A DNA stretch of 64,000 nt from the human T2T-CHM13v2.0 reference genome, Homo sapiens. Position numbers and translations under genes: made by a program. The notes under the pieces were generated by a model. That model made no database searches. It was given only the letters and a program-made list of their open reading frames with translations, and was not told where the DNA came from. Positions 1 to 15,227 of this stretch are shown here, in pieces. The stretch lies in NCBI RefSeq assembly GCF_009914755.1, contig NC_060928.1; one strand, 5' to 3'. Positions within the stretch are counted from its first letter, which is position 1; each line of letters begins with the position of its first letter.

Positions 1-289
1 TCACTGCACCAGCTATTTTTCTTCTTCTTTAATAATGCAACCTCATATCCAGTCTCAACTCTAACATGGCTGCATGCTAATATTACTAGCCTCATGGAAA
101 CATCATATTTACTGCTTCTTGTGAAAATTTTTGTAATTTCATAGAACTCAATTTGTAGACAATTAAAAATTAAACTTTGAGAACCACAAAGGGTAAGAGA
201 AAATGGAGATGATAATTTTAGCCTTTTCTTTTAGCAAAAGATCTTTCCTGACTCTTCTCTGGCTGAACTCATTGCTTTCTGTGCATACT

Positions 290-470
290 CAATGCACAAT
301 ATTCATCACATTGAATTTTTGTGCTTGAATTTCCTTCTTTATTCACTTGCCTTCTCCACTAGAGTATAGGTATTTTGAGTACATAGATTATATCTTCCAC
401 GTCCTAGTACAGAGTCTGGAATATAGACAAAATTTCATAAGTATTCAAAGACTCCATAAACAAATGATGC
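290..470 (+). mobile_element. L2 LINE 3'-end relic
   Basis: Degenerate match to the L2 3' terminus (cttctccactagagtataggtattttgag...cctagtacagagtctggaatatag...ataagtatt); boundaries approximate. Confidence 0.5.
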
Positions 471-698
471 ATTGATAAAAGTAAAATTCAGAGAGTTGGT
501 ATGGATTATCCAATTTCAGAGCCAAGACAATTTTTGCATATTTTGGAGACTTTTATTTCCTGAAACTTTCTTTGGCTATATTCGGCTTTACCTACCATAG
601 CAAGAACCTGAGAAAATGCACATTAAGCACATGAATATGACTTCAGCAGCCAGATATTGGGCAAAAGACAAGTATTGCCTTCACTTTGAAAGTCCCTA

Positions 699-2553
<1,855 letters not shown>

Positions 2554-2555
<2 letters not shown>

Positions 2556-3864
2556 AACCTGACAAAAACAAGAAATGGGGAAAGGATTCCCTATTTAATA
2601 AATGGTGTTGGGAAAACTGGCTAGCCATATGTAGAAAGCTGAAACTGGATCCCTTCCTTACACCTTATACAAAAATTAATTCAAGATGGATTAAAGACTT
2701 AAATGTTAGACTCAAAACCATAAAAACCCTAGAAGAAAACCTAGGCAATACCATTCCAGACATAGGCATGGGCAAAGACTTCATGTCTAAAACACCAAAA
2801 GCAATGGCAACAAAAGCCAGAATGGACAAATGGGATCTAATTAAACTAGAGAGCTTCTGCACAGCAAAAGAAACTACCATCAGAGTGAACAAGCAACCTA
2901 CAGAATGGGAGAAAATTTTTGCAATCTACTCATCTGACAAAGGGCTAATATCCAGAATCTACAATGAACTCAAACAAATCTACAAGAAAAAAACAAACAC
3001 CCCCATCAACAAGTGGGTGAACGATATGAACAGACACTTCTCAAAAGAAGACATCTATGCAGCCAACAGACACATGAAAAAATGCTCACCATCACTGGCC
3101 GTCAGAGAAATGCAAATCAAATCCACAATGAGATACCATCTCACACGAGTTAGAATGGCAATCATTAAAAAGTCAGGAAACAACAGGTGCTGGACAGGAT
3201 GTGGAAAATAGGAACACTTTTACACTGTTCGTGGGACTGTAAACTAATTCAACCATTGTGGAAGTCAGTGTGGTGATTCCTCAGAGATCTAGAACTAGAA
3301 ATACCATTTGACCCAGCCATCCCATTACTGGGTATATACCCAAAGGATTGTAAATCATGCTGCTATAAAGACACATGCACACGTATGTTTATTGCAGCAC
3401 TATTCACAATAGCAAAGACTTGGAACCAACCCAAATATCCATCAATGATAGACTGGATTAAGAAAATGTGGCACATATACACCATGGAATACTATGCAGC
3501 CACAAAAAAGCATGAGTTCATGTCCTTTGTAGGGACATGGATGAAGCTGGAAACCATCATTCTCAGCAAACTATCACAAGGACAAAAAACCAAACACCAC
3601 ATGTTCTCACTCATAGGTGGTAATCAAACAATGAGAACAGTTGGACACAGGAAGGGGAACATTACACACCAGGGCCAGTCATGGGGTGGGGGGAGGGAGG
3701 AGGGATAGTATTAGGAGATATACCTAATGTAAATGATGAGCTAATGGGTGCAGCACATCAACATGGCACATGTATACATATGTAACAAACCTGCACGTTG
3801 TGTACATGTACTCTAGAACTTAAAGTATAATAAAAAAAAGAAAAAACAAAAACAAAAAATAGAA
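2554..3864 (+). mobile_element. L1PA (about L1PA4/5) forward 3' segment: ORF2 C-terminus, 3'UTR and A-rich tail
   Basis: ORFs 2549-3211 and 3385-3708 match the ORF2 C-terminus and 3' end; G-rich tract near 3683-3706, ...cttaaagtataataaaaaa tail, right TSD GAAAGTCCCTATA at 3865-3877. Confidence 0.96.
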
Positions 3865-4234
3865 GAAAGTCCCTATAAACTAAACAAAAATTTCCCACCA
3901 GATAAACTTTATACTTTTTATCTTTGCTTTGAAAATCTTTGAAATTAGAGCTAAATAAACCTTGTTTATTTTATAGTTTTGCTTGCTGGCCCTAAATAAG
4001 CTTTTCTAAAGTGAGCAACAACTCTGTATGCACTTTTTCCTCATGGCTACCTAGTAGTTGCTTTATTTTAGGCTTTATTTTTCCTTCTTTCAGGCACATC
4101 TGTGAATTACCAACTTGCAGCAACACAGTCTTTCCTTCAAGAAATAATTATTAAGCAAATAGCATGTGAGAATTATTATACTAAATACTGCAAAATAATT
4201 GGGAAAAGAAGGTTGCACTTCACTTTAAATAAGT

Positions 4235-4403
4235 GTACTTAACCTCAAAGGAACATTACAAAAACCTTGTAAAATTTAAAAGTCCCCATGTCCAGTCCGT
4301 TTTCTAGACCAATTAAACTGAAACATCAGGAGTTGTAATTCTGTGGTCTGTATTTTTAAAGCATCCAAGTGATACTAATGTTGAACTGAATTTGAGAACC
4401 GTG
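4235..4403. mobile_element. MER5-like hAT-Charlie DNA transposon relic
   Basis: ctgtatttttaaagcatccaagtgatactaatg...tttgagaacc resembles the MER5 terminus. Confidence 0.5.
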
Positions 4404-4664
4404 AGCCAAGGGAAGAAGGATGAAAATGAACAACTTATATCCAATAACTGGGAATGTAGACCATAAGTTTCAATGCAAGTCTGTCTAGCTTTAGATGTAT
4501 TCTGCCCCTCTGCCACTTACAGTAAAAAAGAGAGCAAAAGGACAGAGATGCCTATAGTACAAGGTAAAAAGCAATAAACTTCAAGAAAACATAAAAAATG
4601 TTTTAATACCTGAGCAAGAGCTATTATTTTGGCTGTTTCATAGGAAGTTTTATGGTATAGTAAG

Positions 4665-5422
4665 ATAGTATATTGGTAATTAAAATAAAAGTGTTTTTCT
4701 TACATTCTCAACACACCCAGCACCAAATTTTTGGGTTTTTCACACACTAAATAATTAACCAGTTCTCTGCAGACACCACTGAGGGTCCTACAATTCAATC
4801 TAATTTTGACACTGTCTGCCTGGAGTTAGCATTAAACCCTACAGGTTAAGCACTCAGTTCCACAAGCCTGTTCCCACTTCACAAGCCAATCCAAGTCTAG
4901 GCCTCCCTTCTAACTTCTGACTGACCAGTTGTACATAGGTCAAGGGTCCCATAACCCTCTTGTCAGGTTTAACAATTGGCTAGAATGCTCACCGAACTCA
5001 GTTAAACACTTTACATAGTTTTACCAGTTTACTATAAAGGGTACCATTCAGGAATAGTCAGGTGAAAGAGATGTATAGAACAAGGTATGGTGGTGGTGGT
5101 GGTGGTGGGTGAAGGGGTGTCAGAGAGCTTCCTTGCCCTGTCCAGGCATGTTATCTTCCCAGTGCCTCAATGTGTTCATCAACCCAGAGGCTCCTGATTG
5201 CCATTGTTCAGGATCTTCATGGAAGTTATTTACATTGGTAATTGATGATTGAACTCAATCCCCTCTTCCCTGGAGACTGGGGGTGAGGCTGAAAGTTCTA
5301 AACTTCTAATTACAAAAGATGCCATTCTCACCTCTGTCACTCAAGGAATTACAAGGGTTTTAAAAGCTCTATGCCAGTAACTGGAGAGCAGAGACAAAAT
5401 ATATATTTCTTGTTACATTACA
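4665..5422 (-). mobile_element. MER21-family (MER21C-like) solo LTR
   Basis: Reverse complement of the right end reads tgtaatgtaacaagaaatatatattttgtctc...aaaacccttg, matching the MER21 start; contains a (TGG)n tract at 5088-5109. Confidence 0.75.
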
Positions 5423-7376
5423 GTAAAATAGTGGGAGAGGAGAGTAATAAAGATAAAAGCAAATAAGAAAGACAGTACAGAGTAGTTTGGTTAACAAAAA
5501 TGAAGCTAAATATTGACTATTTGAGGTGGTCAGGTGAAATCTGGAAAATCTTAGAAGTTAGTTGCAGAGAATAGAAATTTCTAATAGGATACCTTTATGG
5601 CTTGAACCAAAGAGAGGTATCAAAACTGCATATAGTGACAGGAGAGTCATCTGTAGGACAGTAATGTTTTAAAATGTAGAACAAAATGGTAACAAATTCA
5701 GAAACTTGGGCAACAAATGGGAAGTTTTGATGAAAATAGAAGAAACTCCATCATCAAATAAGCATACAGTATAACCAAATCTGAGTCATGGGAGTACCAG
5801 ACACAAGGAGTAATTGAGAGTCTTGTGCTATAAAATATGTAAAGGTTGAGTGATTAAAGATGTTATCTGATTTGCTGACAAGATGGTTACTGGTAATGTT
5901 TTCAGGTAATAATATCAGAGGAATATTGGAGATACGAGACTAGCTGAATATTCTTAATAATCCAATTACTAAAAAGTTACAGAAATCAATAAAAGTATAC
6001 CATTCTATCCAGCACATTGGATCTCAAGAAAAATCTAGAAAATGGTAACCCAATAAGATGGCATTTTGATGGAAGAATGTTTTAAGGAATTAAATATTTA
6101 CATATTTAATAGCACAAGTTATTTTTACTTCCATAGATTTGTCCCCCAACTACATTATTATATCCATCTGCACTCACATACTATAACCAACTCTTTTACG
6201 CTAATAGAAACCCTGTTGTATTTCCAGAACACTTTGTATAAACCCAAATGATAGTCCTATGTTTTGTATTTGTTTGTTTTCTTATGTATTTCCCAACTGG
6301 GCTATAAACCCCTGAGAAGAAATTCTATGTTTTATTCACTTCAGCAACCACAGAACTTAATCAGAGATCAAAAGATATCTGAAGAGTCAATCAGCTATTT
6401 CTCATTTTCATTATAGTTATAATTATTTCCAATGTTTACTCCAGGTAAATATTTATCAGAATGGCAGGAAGAAAATGGGAAAATTGAGATGTCGAGGGTT
6501 TGTTCTATTTAGGTGTATAAAAGTGCTACAATAACAGACTGTGAAAAAAATGTACTGATAGTAGTAAAAAGCACAAAATATTGTTACTGACAAACTATTA
6601 ATGACTTCCAATCTATATTTTATTGTTTCCTAGGCTATCCTACACATGTAGAATCCACTGGTTTAGAAATTGAGGTTGTTGCCCTGCTTTCCCAAGAGTC
6701 AATGCTCTGTAACAAATGAAAAAAGTTGTAACAAAATGAGAAAAAATGCTCATAAATTCTTAAAAGCTCCCTTAAAACACAGACTAATGCAGTACAACAT
6801 TGGTTCCTGAAATCTGGAGGTAAAAAACCTGAGGTTTCCTCATATTGACAAGGCAGCTTTAGGAAGGAGGTGGTTCTGATTGCACTAAATTGCTGTCATA
6901 TCTAAAACAAAGAGAGAGATCTCTAGGCAGAGACAGAGTTAGCAAGAAGAACTTGCAGTCACCAACCAGATGAAAGACTCCTAGATCTGTGAAACAATGT
7001 GGAAATGAGGCAGCAGAGTCATCGCCATTCCCTATCTGCTCCCCTCCATATATAGTTGAACAGAAAATAAATAAATTGAGATAACTCCCCAAATACTAAG
7101 TCTGGGACACATGCAGGGTTCTTGCTTTTAAATGGTGTAACTAAGATGTAATTGATTCTATGTGGAAGACTACTATGCACCTATAATATATTGACAAGAA
7201 CGCTCTGCATTAATGGAGGTATTCAGAAAAAAAAATTATGTTTATAGACAAAATCTATAGGCAACTTTAATTACATTTATCACTGATGGCATGTGGGCTG
7301 CTTCTGAACATTATCACTCATATTAAGGGTTAGTTGATAAAATACCTTCAAAAAGCAAACAAGGGATTGAGAGGGA

Positions 7377-7427
7377 TGTGTGTGTGTGCATGTGTGTGTG
7401 TATGTGTGTGTGTGTGTGTGTGTGTGT
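7377..7427. repeat. (TG)n microsatellite, interrupted
   Basis: Direct reading: about 25 TG units with two interruptions. Confidence 0.95.
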
Positions 7428-8479
7428 AGGCTGGAGCAATGTGTCCTCATCTTTATATCATCAGGACTCCATATTATGTTCATACATCATTGATGCTCAG
7501 AAACTAATTTTCTGAGCATATGGAACTAATTTTCAAGAAATAACCTCCTAAATCACTTTGAATATGACTGTGTGTGCTAAAAAAACAAAAACAAAAACAA
7601 ACAAACAAACAAAACACAGGCAGGGAATCCTTAGGCTGCTATTTCAAAATTACGGCTACTACTTCATCTCAGCATTCAAGTTTCTCTGTTTGTATCCCTT
7701 GGCCCAACTGCAGAAACAAATGGAGTCCGTAGAGTGGACAGTTATTTCGTATCTGGATGACCAAGCAAATAATCAGGCTGGACACAGGAAGAGCTACTGG
7801 TTCCTGAGTCATGCTTTCTCTGAAACTATTAAACGTTATACTAATAGGATAGATTTATGGAGCTTGCTACAATCACTTTTAAACATAATAAAAATGAGTG
7901 TCATCATGTCCTTTTACATGTTCTGTTAAGCACCTTTAAAAAGAAACATTTTCTAAATTTAAATAGTAGTAGAAATGAATAAAGTTGACATTGCCAGAGG
8001 CTAGGGATAGTATATAAAGGAAATGGAGGAAAGTAAGGTGTTATTTTGTTTACGAAGCCAGTGTTTTCTCCCCGAAGAGAAACTGCAGCTGGTAATCAAT
8101 ATTGTATTTGGATACTCTAGATAGAAACTTTGTCTCAATTGTGACATTTAAAAAATACCAGAATTTCAGTGAGTTTTCTGAGGAACAAACAAAAGAAGCT
8201 CATACTCTAATTAGAGTGAAGCCAATTTTCATATTAATATAATATCAACAATAGTAACATTTATATAGCATGTACTACGTGCCAGGCACTCATATAAATC
8301 TACTGGATGAGCTGTTACATGTAGAACAGAAATAATGGCATTGAGAATTTTTCTCATTTTTCTCTCCTAATACTTTGTGAATGCTCTGAAAAAGAGCTAA
8401 GAAACTTGAACATATCCTTGAAAGAGAAGTTGCTCTGAATTCCATACAATCAGTAAAGCCAGGGATTAAAATTGAATAC

Positions 8480-8862
8480 TTTAAGTTAGTTCACCCCAAG
8501 TTCAATTCCTGGATCCACTACTTACGACATTGGGAGAGTTACTGAATCTCTGTTATTCGGCCTCTTCATCTGTAATTTGTCGTTAACCTTGGCTCTTACT
8601 TCACAGTGTTGTAATTGGAAGTCACATAATATATTCGCAAATGTCATTAGGCATCCTGGGTTCTGAAACTTGAATCCATTTCTTACCATATGTGTGACTT
8701 TGAGAAAGTTGCCTAACCTGTCTTTGCTTCAGTTTCCTTAGTAGTGAAAAGGAAATAACTCTGTGTCTTTCATTGGCTCATAAGGATCCAATGTGAAAAT
8801 CTTTGTAATAAAATTAGTTGGGGACATAACCCAAGAAAGCACTCAATAAATGTTAGCTATTG
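8480..8862 (+). mobile_element. Two adjacent MIR SINE fragments
   Basis: MIR core motifs (gttcaattcctggatccactactt; tgtgactttgagaaagttgcctaacctgtct...cagtttcctt) and 3' end gcactcaataaatgttagctatt. Confidence 0.7.
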
Positions 8863-9639
8863 GAGCATGTACTAATTTTCAGACCCAACACATGGAGATG
8901 TTATTTCCTCCACTTTCTATACCTTAACTTTTTTTATTCTTGAGTTTTTGCCTGTTGAGGAGCAGACTAAAATTAATCATGGCTGTTGTTTGTAAACTGA
9001 AAAACTGCAGTAGGGACGAGTCTTGAATATTTAAAATTTGCCTTCTTCTTATGCTGGAGAGTGCTATTGAGGTAATTCACTCTGAGTTTCTCTACTTTAA
9101 AAAAAAAAAAAGTCTTCATGCTTCCCCCACCATTCCCATTTTCATCCATTTACTAAAGTTTGTAATTTCCTTACCAAAATCTTGAGACCCCTCCAGGCTT
9201 ATTGGCCTTCATCAGTCATTCTGTACTTATGCCCTTACAGTGCCAGTCTGATTGTATCTTAAAACCACATCTAACCATAGCTCTTCTCCTACCATAATAT
9301 CATGACTCATGGCTTCTCTAAAAATTTTTGAATCCCTCCAGGTTATATCACGGAAATTGAGATACAAGTCTTCTCTGCCCTATAATTACCTAAATGTTTT
9401 ATTCCATGTGGAACAAATACAGGGATCCTTCTTAGAACCATCCATGCCTAACCTATTACTTGGGTCTCTGTCTCTAGAGTAAAAAGTCTCTTTTTCAAGC
9501 AAAGATAATTTTTTCTTTCTCTTCTCACAAAATCTTCTCTTCCACACAAAATCTGGAAGATGTTCCTCCACTCCTCTTTTAATATTTATGAAAAATATTG
9601 CAATGAGTAAAATGTGCGTGTCTCCAGTCTTCCCTTCTC

Positions 9640-10952
9640 AGTAAATTGTACCTTCAGTTTTCCAATTGTTGAAGCCAAAACTTTTGAATTCATCTTATAT
9701 TCTTGATGTGGTTTGAATGTTTGTCCCGCTCCAAATCTCCTGTTGAAATGTGACCCACAATGTTCAACGTGGGGCCTGGTGGGAGGTGTCTGGGTCACAG
9801 GAGCAAATCCCTACAAATGACTTGGTGCCTGTCCCATGGTTATAAGTGAGTTCCCAATCTGTTAGTTCATGTGAGTTCTGGTTGTTTAAAGGAGGATGGC
9901 TCCTTCTTCTATCTCTCTTGTTCTCTCACCATGTGACACACTTGCTCCTGCTTTGCCTTCCATCATAATTGTAAGCTCCCTGAAGCCTTACCAGAAGCCA
10001 AGCAGATGTGGGCACCATGCTTCCTGCACAGCCTGCAGAACTAGCCTGCAGAATCATGAGCAAATTAAACCTCTTTTATTTCTTTGTAAATTACCCAGTC
10101 TCAGGTATTGCTATATTGTAATGCAAAAAGGCTAACACAACTCCCTTCCATTTTTTTACCTCTTGTGTCCAATTCATCAGCACATTTTTTTTTACCTTTC
10201 CCTTCTGAATATATCCAGAATCTGACCAGTTCTCAACTTTCGTCTCCCATATTCAGATCCATCCCCTTCCAGAACCACCACAATATTATCTGAACTATTA
10301 ACCTGCTTCCTCTCTTGTCCCGTATTTGGTCAATTTCCTACCCTGCAGTTTCAGTTATCCCTTTTAAAGCAAAAGTCAGATCAAGTGACTTTTGGGCTGA
10401 GACTCATTCAGTGGATTAATATTTAACTAAGAATAAAATTTAGAATCCTTATGTTACCAATGTTCTCATCCTGGCTACCCTTGCACTCTCTTCCCCTTTC
10501 TTACTCAAGTCACATTGGCTTTTTTGCTGCTCCTTGAAAATGCAAAGGAAGCTCCCACCGCCAGTTTCTGCACTTGCTGCTGGAAGGTTATACTACCAAA
10601 TATCTGCAAGTTTCACACAAAATTTCTTTTAGGTGCCACATCAAATGCCACCTAACAAGGTGGCAATGGCTTTCCTTTAATTTTTAGTAAGAAAGGCAAT
10701 GGTTTTCTTTAGTTTCCTTTATAAGATAGCTTCTTACTGTCACCTTACTCTTTATCCATTTATCCTGCTTTATTTTTCTTCATAATGTTCTCAAGACATG
10801 TTATATGATATGTCTTCTTACTTATTCATTGTCCTCTTTCATCATGAAAGTTCCCATAGAAGAGGGTTTTTGTCTGTTTGCTGACTGCTCCATCACCCCA
10901 CAATAGAACAGGCACACTGTTATTTCTTAACAAATATTTGTTGAGGGAATAG
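9640..10952 (+). mobile_element. L2 (L2a-like) 3' region, split by an MSTB LTR
   Basis: gccaaaacttttgaattcatc...tccaattcatcagca...atatccagaatctgacc...caaatatttgttga; continuous L2 sequence on both sides of the LTR. Confidence 0.75.
9704..10139 (+). mobile_element. MSTB-like ERVL-MaLR solo LTR
   Basis: Starts tgatgtggtttgaatgtttgtccc...ggggcctggtgggaggtg and ends aattacccagtctcaggtatt...ctaacaca; TG...CA termini. Confidence 0.88.
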
Positions 10953-11508
10953 AATACAACCTTTGCCTCTTGATTTTCAAAACTATGTTTATGAAATCAT
11001 CACTATCAAAACCATTTTTTTTCTAAAAATGTTGACAAAGCTCTTGCAAATCAAAGACATCTTAGTTTTCAAAACTCAAGACTCACAAGCATTTAAAGAA
11101 GTCTGTTTTAGAAGTTCTACTCACTTTCATGTTTAACATTTATTAAGCGTTTCCACTGAGTTTGGAACAACCTGAGCATTCAGTCTACTATGAAATCCTT
11201 AACAACATGTGTTCCTTCTTGCTCTCCCATTCTTGGAGTAAATAATTACTCTTGAAGCAATGAAAACCACTAGATCATTTGGGGAAGGTGTGAAGGGAAA
11301 CATGAAAAAGAAATACAAGAAATAGAAACATTCTGTATGCTGAGAAAACTGCAGAAGACAGACAAGACTCTTTCTTTATTCAATAGTGGAGAATCCAGTT
11401 CCTGAGATCAATTTCCCACTGTTAAGAAAGGCTAAGAAAATTATTAACTACCAATGATCCCAAACTCTTGTAATTCAGGAGAAATTAGTCTTTGACACAA
11501 CAGACTTT

Positions 11509-11737
11509 AAATTTAATTTCAATTATTATGGCTACATTAGTCATACATATTTGTAGGACACATGATATTTTGATACAGGCCAACAATGTACAACGATTAA
11601 ATCAAGGTAATTGGGTATCCATCACATCAAGCATTTATCATATATTTGTGTTAGGAACATTTTAATTTCAATCTTTTAGTCATTTCAAAACATAAACTAA
11701 ATCATTCTAACTATAGTCATCTTATTGTACTACTATA
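11509..11737 (-). mobile_element. Short 5'-truncated L1MA 3'UTR insertion
   Basis: L1MA 3'UTR antisense (ttttgatacagg...atccatcacatcaagcatttatc); 14-bp TSD ACACA(A/G)CAGACTTT at 11495-11508 and 11738-11751. Confidence 0.85.
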
Positions 11738-13529
11738 ACACAGCAGACTTTCGAGATTAAAAAAAAAAGGTCTTCACTTGTATTCTCCCTGAGAATTCTC
11801 ACACTGCTCTAATTTTATACAGTGCATAATACCTCAAAGGATAATAGCATATGTTTATCCATGTGGAAGATTAATAATGATTGGCTGAAAAGCAGCATAT
11901 ATTAAAACGTCATAGCCCACCACTTAAAATATCTAATCAGAAGAAACGTTAGCATTGCCATTTAACTTCCTAATTAACTGCTGAGCATTTGAGTCCAAAA
12001 TCAATGTATAGCGAAGTGACAATTAAATCAAAATTTTCTGGTGTTCTACAGTGTTAATATATCTCATCTTGTGCTTTAAAGCCAACTTGGCTTTATTTTT
12101 TTTCTCTTCTTTGTTAATAAACTGTGATTGTGTCTTGTAATGAATAAACCCGTAAACCATCTGGCAGTTGTCTCACGGCTCATTACTTGCTATGGGCCAC
12201 TCTGAGAAGCTGCCTCAGGTAACATTTAAACTGGTGCATGGAGAGAAAATCACTTTTTATTATTGAAACCATATTTCAGGGGAAAAGGAGAGGTCTCCCT
12301 CTTCTCAACATGAATATTTAAGCTGAAGGTGTAGTTAGTAAATCATAATGCAACCCACAGTTTTCATTTTGGTTTGTAAATTACAGTTATTTGCACATAC
12401 ATATGTATGTTACGTGAGCGAAGAATATCATGTTACACACATTGTTGTTGAGACTTCTAGCACCTTTGTCATTTCTTAATTATCAATGATATATTTTCAT
12501 ACTACCACATTGTTTTGTAAAGCACCGTGAATATTTCATGGGGACTAGGAACTGCCATTGTGTCTACAATGGCATTCTGACATTCTTCCTGGGGTAAATT
12601 TATGCCCCTAGAGTCCTTATCATCGTGGACTTGTAAGTATCATTAGTTTCTTTCCAAGATATACTATCATGTATTCTACTTTTGGTTCAGATCTTCCACT
12701 TTTAATACTGTGCATTCTTCTATGCATAATATATCTCCTTAGCAAAAATCATGATTAGTGCTCTAACTTACAATGTGTCATTCTATCATCAGGTAATGAT
12801 AAGTTTACTGTGGCTGGGGTAGTGTGTGAAAACAATATTTTCAAAGAATAAAGCTTACAGGTAAGAGGCCTCCAGGATTCACAACACTCAAATGAGATGT
12901 ATTAAATTTATAATTCCATTCAAGGTAGAGTAGGTCAAAATTCTGCTACATAGCCATGAGATCCATAATCTAAGTAAATGAAAGCAGCCTGCAAAGTATA
13001 TTATAGGATTGATTTGTTCATGTATTTTTCCAATGGAAACAAAGTTGTTATATTATTGTGTTATTACCGAAAAGAGAGCATAACTTTGCTCGACTGGTTA
13101 AAATCATAGGGCAGATTATTTAAAGAAATTACTGTGCTGTAATAAAAAGAACTAAAAAGTAATTTTGAAATTTTGAGGAGGAATATCTTAAAAATTAGTT
13201 TTGTCTTAAAATTTTACTAAATGCTTAGAAACAATGACATATTAACTTCCTCAAGATACTGTAATACTTACCAATACACTTCTACTTTAATTTTATTTTA
13301 TGGGACAAAAACTTGAAATAAGTGCAGTTATAAGAAATGTTAATACATGATTAGAAAGGCCTGGGTTAGTTAATAAGTATTAGAAAATAATAACTTTGAA
13401 TAATGTACAATATTGGGAAATGACTGAACAGTTTTCCTTTAGGATTACGTGATGCATGCGTATTTCTGTAAATATGCGGATAACATTCACTTTGGGTAAT
13501 GAAATTTGGTACAAAAAAAAAAAGCCTGG

Positions 13530-13730
13530 GCTGAGAAGCATGAGACTTGAGATTCTGCACTCTCTTCTTCTTCCTCTGTGGCCTGAGATAAATCATTCAA
13601 CCTCTACAAAACCCCATTTCCTTCTTTTTATCTCCTTATGACCATTATAATATATCTACAATAGAGGTACCTATTCCATAGACTTCTGATGAAGTTGATG
13701 AAAATAGTTTACAGTGCTTCCAAAAAGTAA
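13530..13730 (+). mobile_element. MIR fragment
   Basis: gagacttgagattctg...tgtggcctgagataaatcattcaacctct...ccccatttcc matches the MIR core. Confidence 0.55.
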
Positions 13731-13832
13731 AAACATGTTTCAAAATAAAATGTAGGAACATAGATGCCTTGGTTTCAATACTGGTTTTGCCACTTTTTAA
13801 TTGCTTTAGCCTAATTGTGTAAAAGTGACACG

Positions 13833-13856
13833 TGTGTGTGTGTGTGTGTATGTGTG
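13833..13856. repeat. (TG)n microsatellite
   Basis: Direct reading. Confidence 0.85.
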
Positions 13857-15227
13857 AATATGGCCATATTTTTTTGTGTTGTCAACTTAATGTTCTCTAT
13901 CAAATGCAAATGTAAGCATACCTTTCCTACATCCCTTTAAGATAAAACCCATATTAATTAGTATGTTAGGATAACACTTTGTTATGAGTCCTGTCCATTT
14001 CTACAGCTCCGTCTGTCAAATCTTGTACTCTATCTGCCTGCCTATTTGCTTGTCACCAAACAACATACTAATCTTCATCTATGTGTCTCCAACTAATTTT
14101 ATAAAACTCAGTATACCTATCACATCCCTGGATCCTCAAGGTATCCACTCTGTTCTCAAAGTAGCTCTACTATAGCACCATATTAAACTACATTGCACTT
14201 ACCTGTTTGCATTGTGTCTCTGTCAGATTCTAAGTTCCTTGAAAGGGAAATGCATTTATTTTTGTATTTTCCTTAAATGCAATATTGAAAAGGGAAACCA
14301 AAAATGTTAAGAAGCGTTAGATTCTTTTTATCTTCTCTACAAAAATATTTTAATTATCTCCAAAAATATTTTAATATTATTTCAAAAATCTAATGCTAAG
14401 TTTGGACAGAAACTCCAGGAGCGTGGCACTGCTTTGAAGGTTTTGTGTTTATTTGTGTTTGATATACTTATTGGAGCTGCATAATTCATTCTTCTGTGTC
14501 AGAGTGAACATTAAACACCAAACACAATTCAGAATGTGTAAAATGACTGACCTAGTTTACAAGTTTACACTCTTAGTTGAATATTTTATGTAGTTTCTGA
14601 AAGAGCTTTAATTACACTTGATCTCATACCTTTTGTTGGTGGGGATTCATAGCTTTTCTGAGCCACAGATGGAGATTTCTACCTGAAAACAGCTGGTGCC
14701 AAGGAAGTCCTGCAGGGAACACATTTCAAACCTGTGACTCAGCAAGAGATTACCAAGGACTGGAGCACATGATTTGGAGAAATTGGCTAAGGGTACACAG
14801 CTCTGAGTTACACAGGGTGCCCAAGAACAGGTCTGTTTATTTTCTTCAGCACTATCAAGGAAATGCATTTGCTTATTAACACCTATTGATCCACAGAAGG
14901 CAAATGAAACAAAGCCAAAACTCTGCCCAAATCAGGTCATATACTTTCGGATTTGACTTCTAGGTAAGATGTGGTGAACTGTACATATGAAAAAGAGGCA
15001 TATATTGAGTTTCTAAGGCAAGGTGAAAAAGTATTGACAACTCTGGTAAGTGTAAAGAGAGTCTTCAAGTAACTTATAATAATAGTGTTGGAAAAAACAT
15101 ATATCTGATAATTAGAGAATTATTATGAAACAATGCATTACCTGAGGTTACTCTATTATTACAAAACATGTTTAAATATATGTTTAAAGATGTTTTTGTA
15201 TAAAGTCATCAAAATCCTCTAGTGGAG

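Noticed and set aside
3683-3706. G-quadruplex-like tract
   Set aside because: Standard feature of the L1PA 3'UTR
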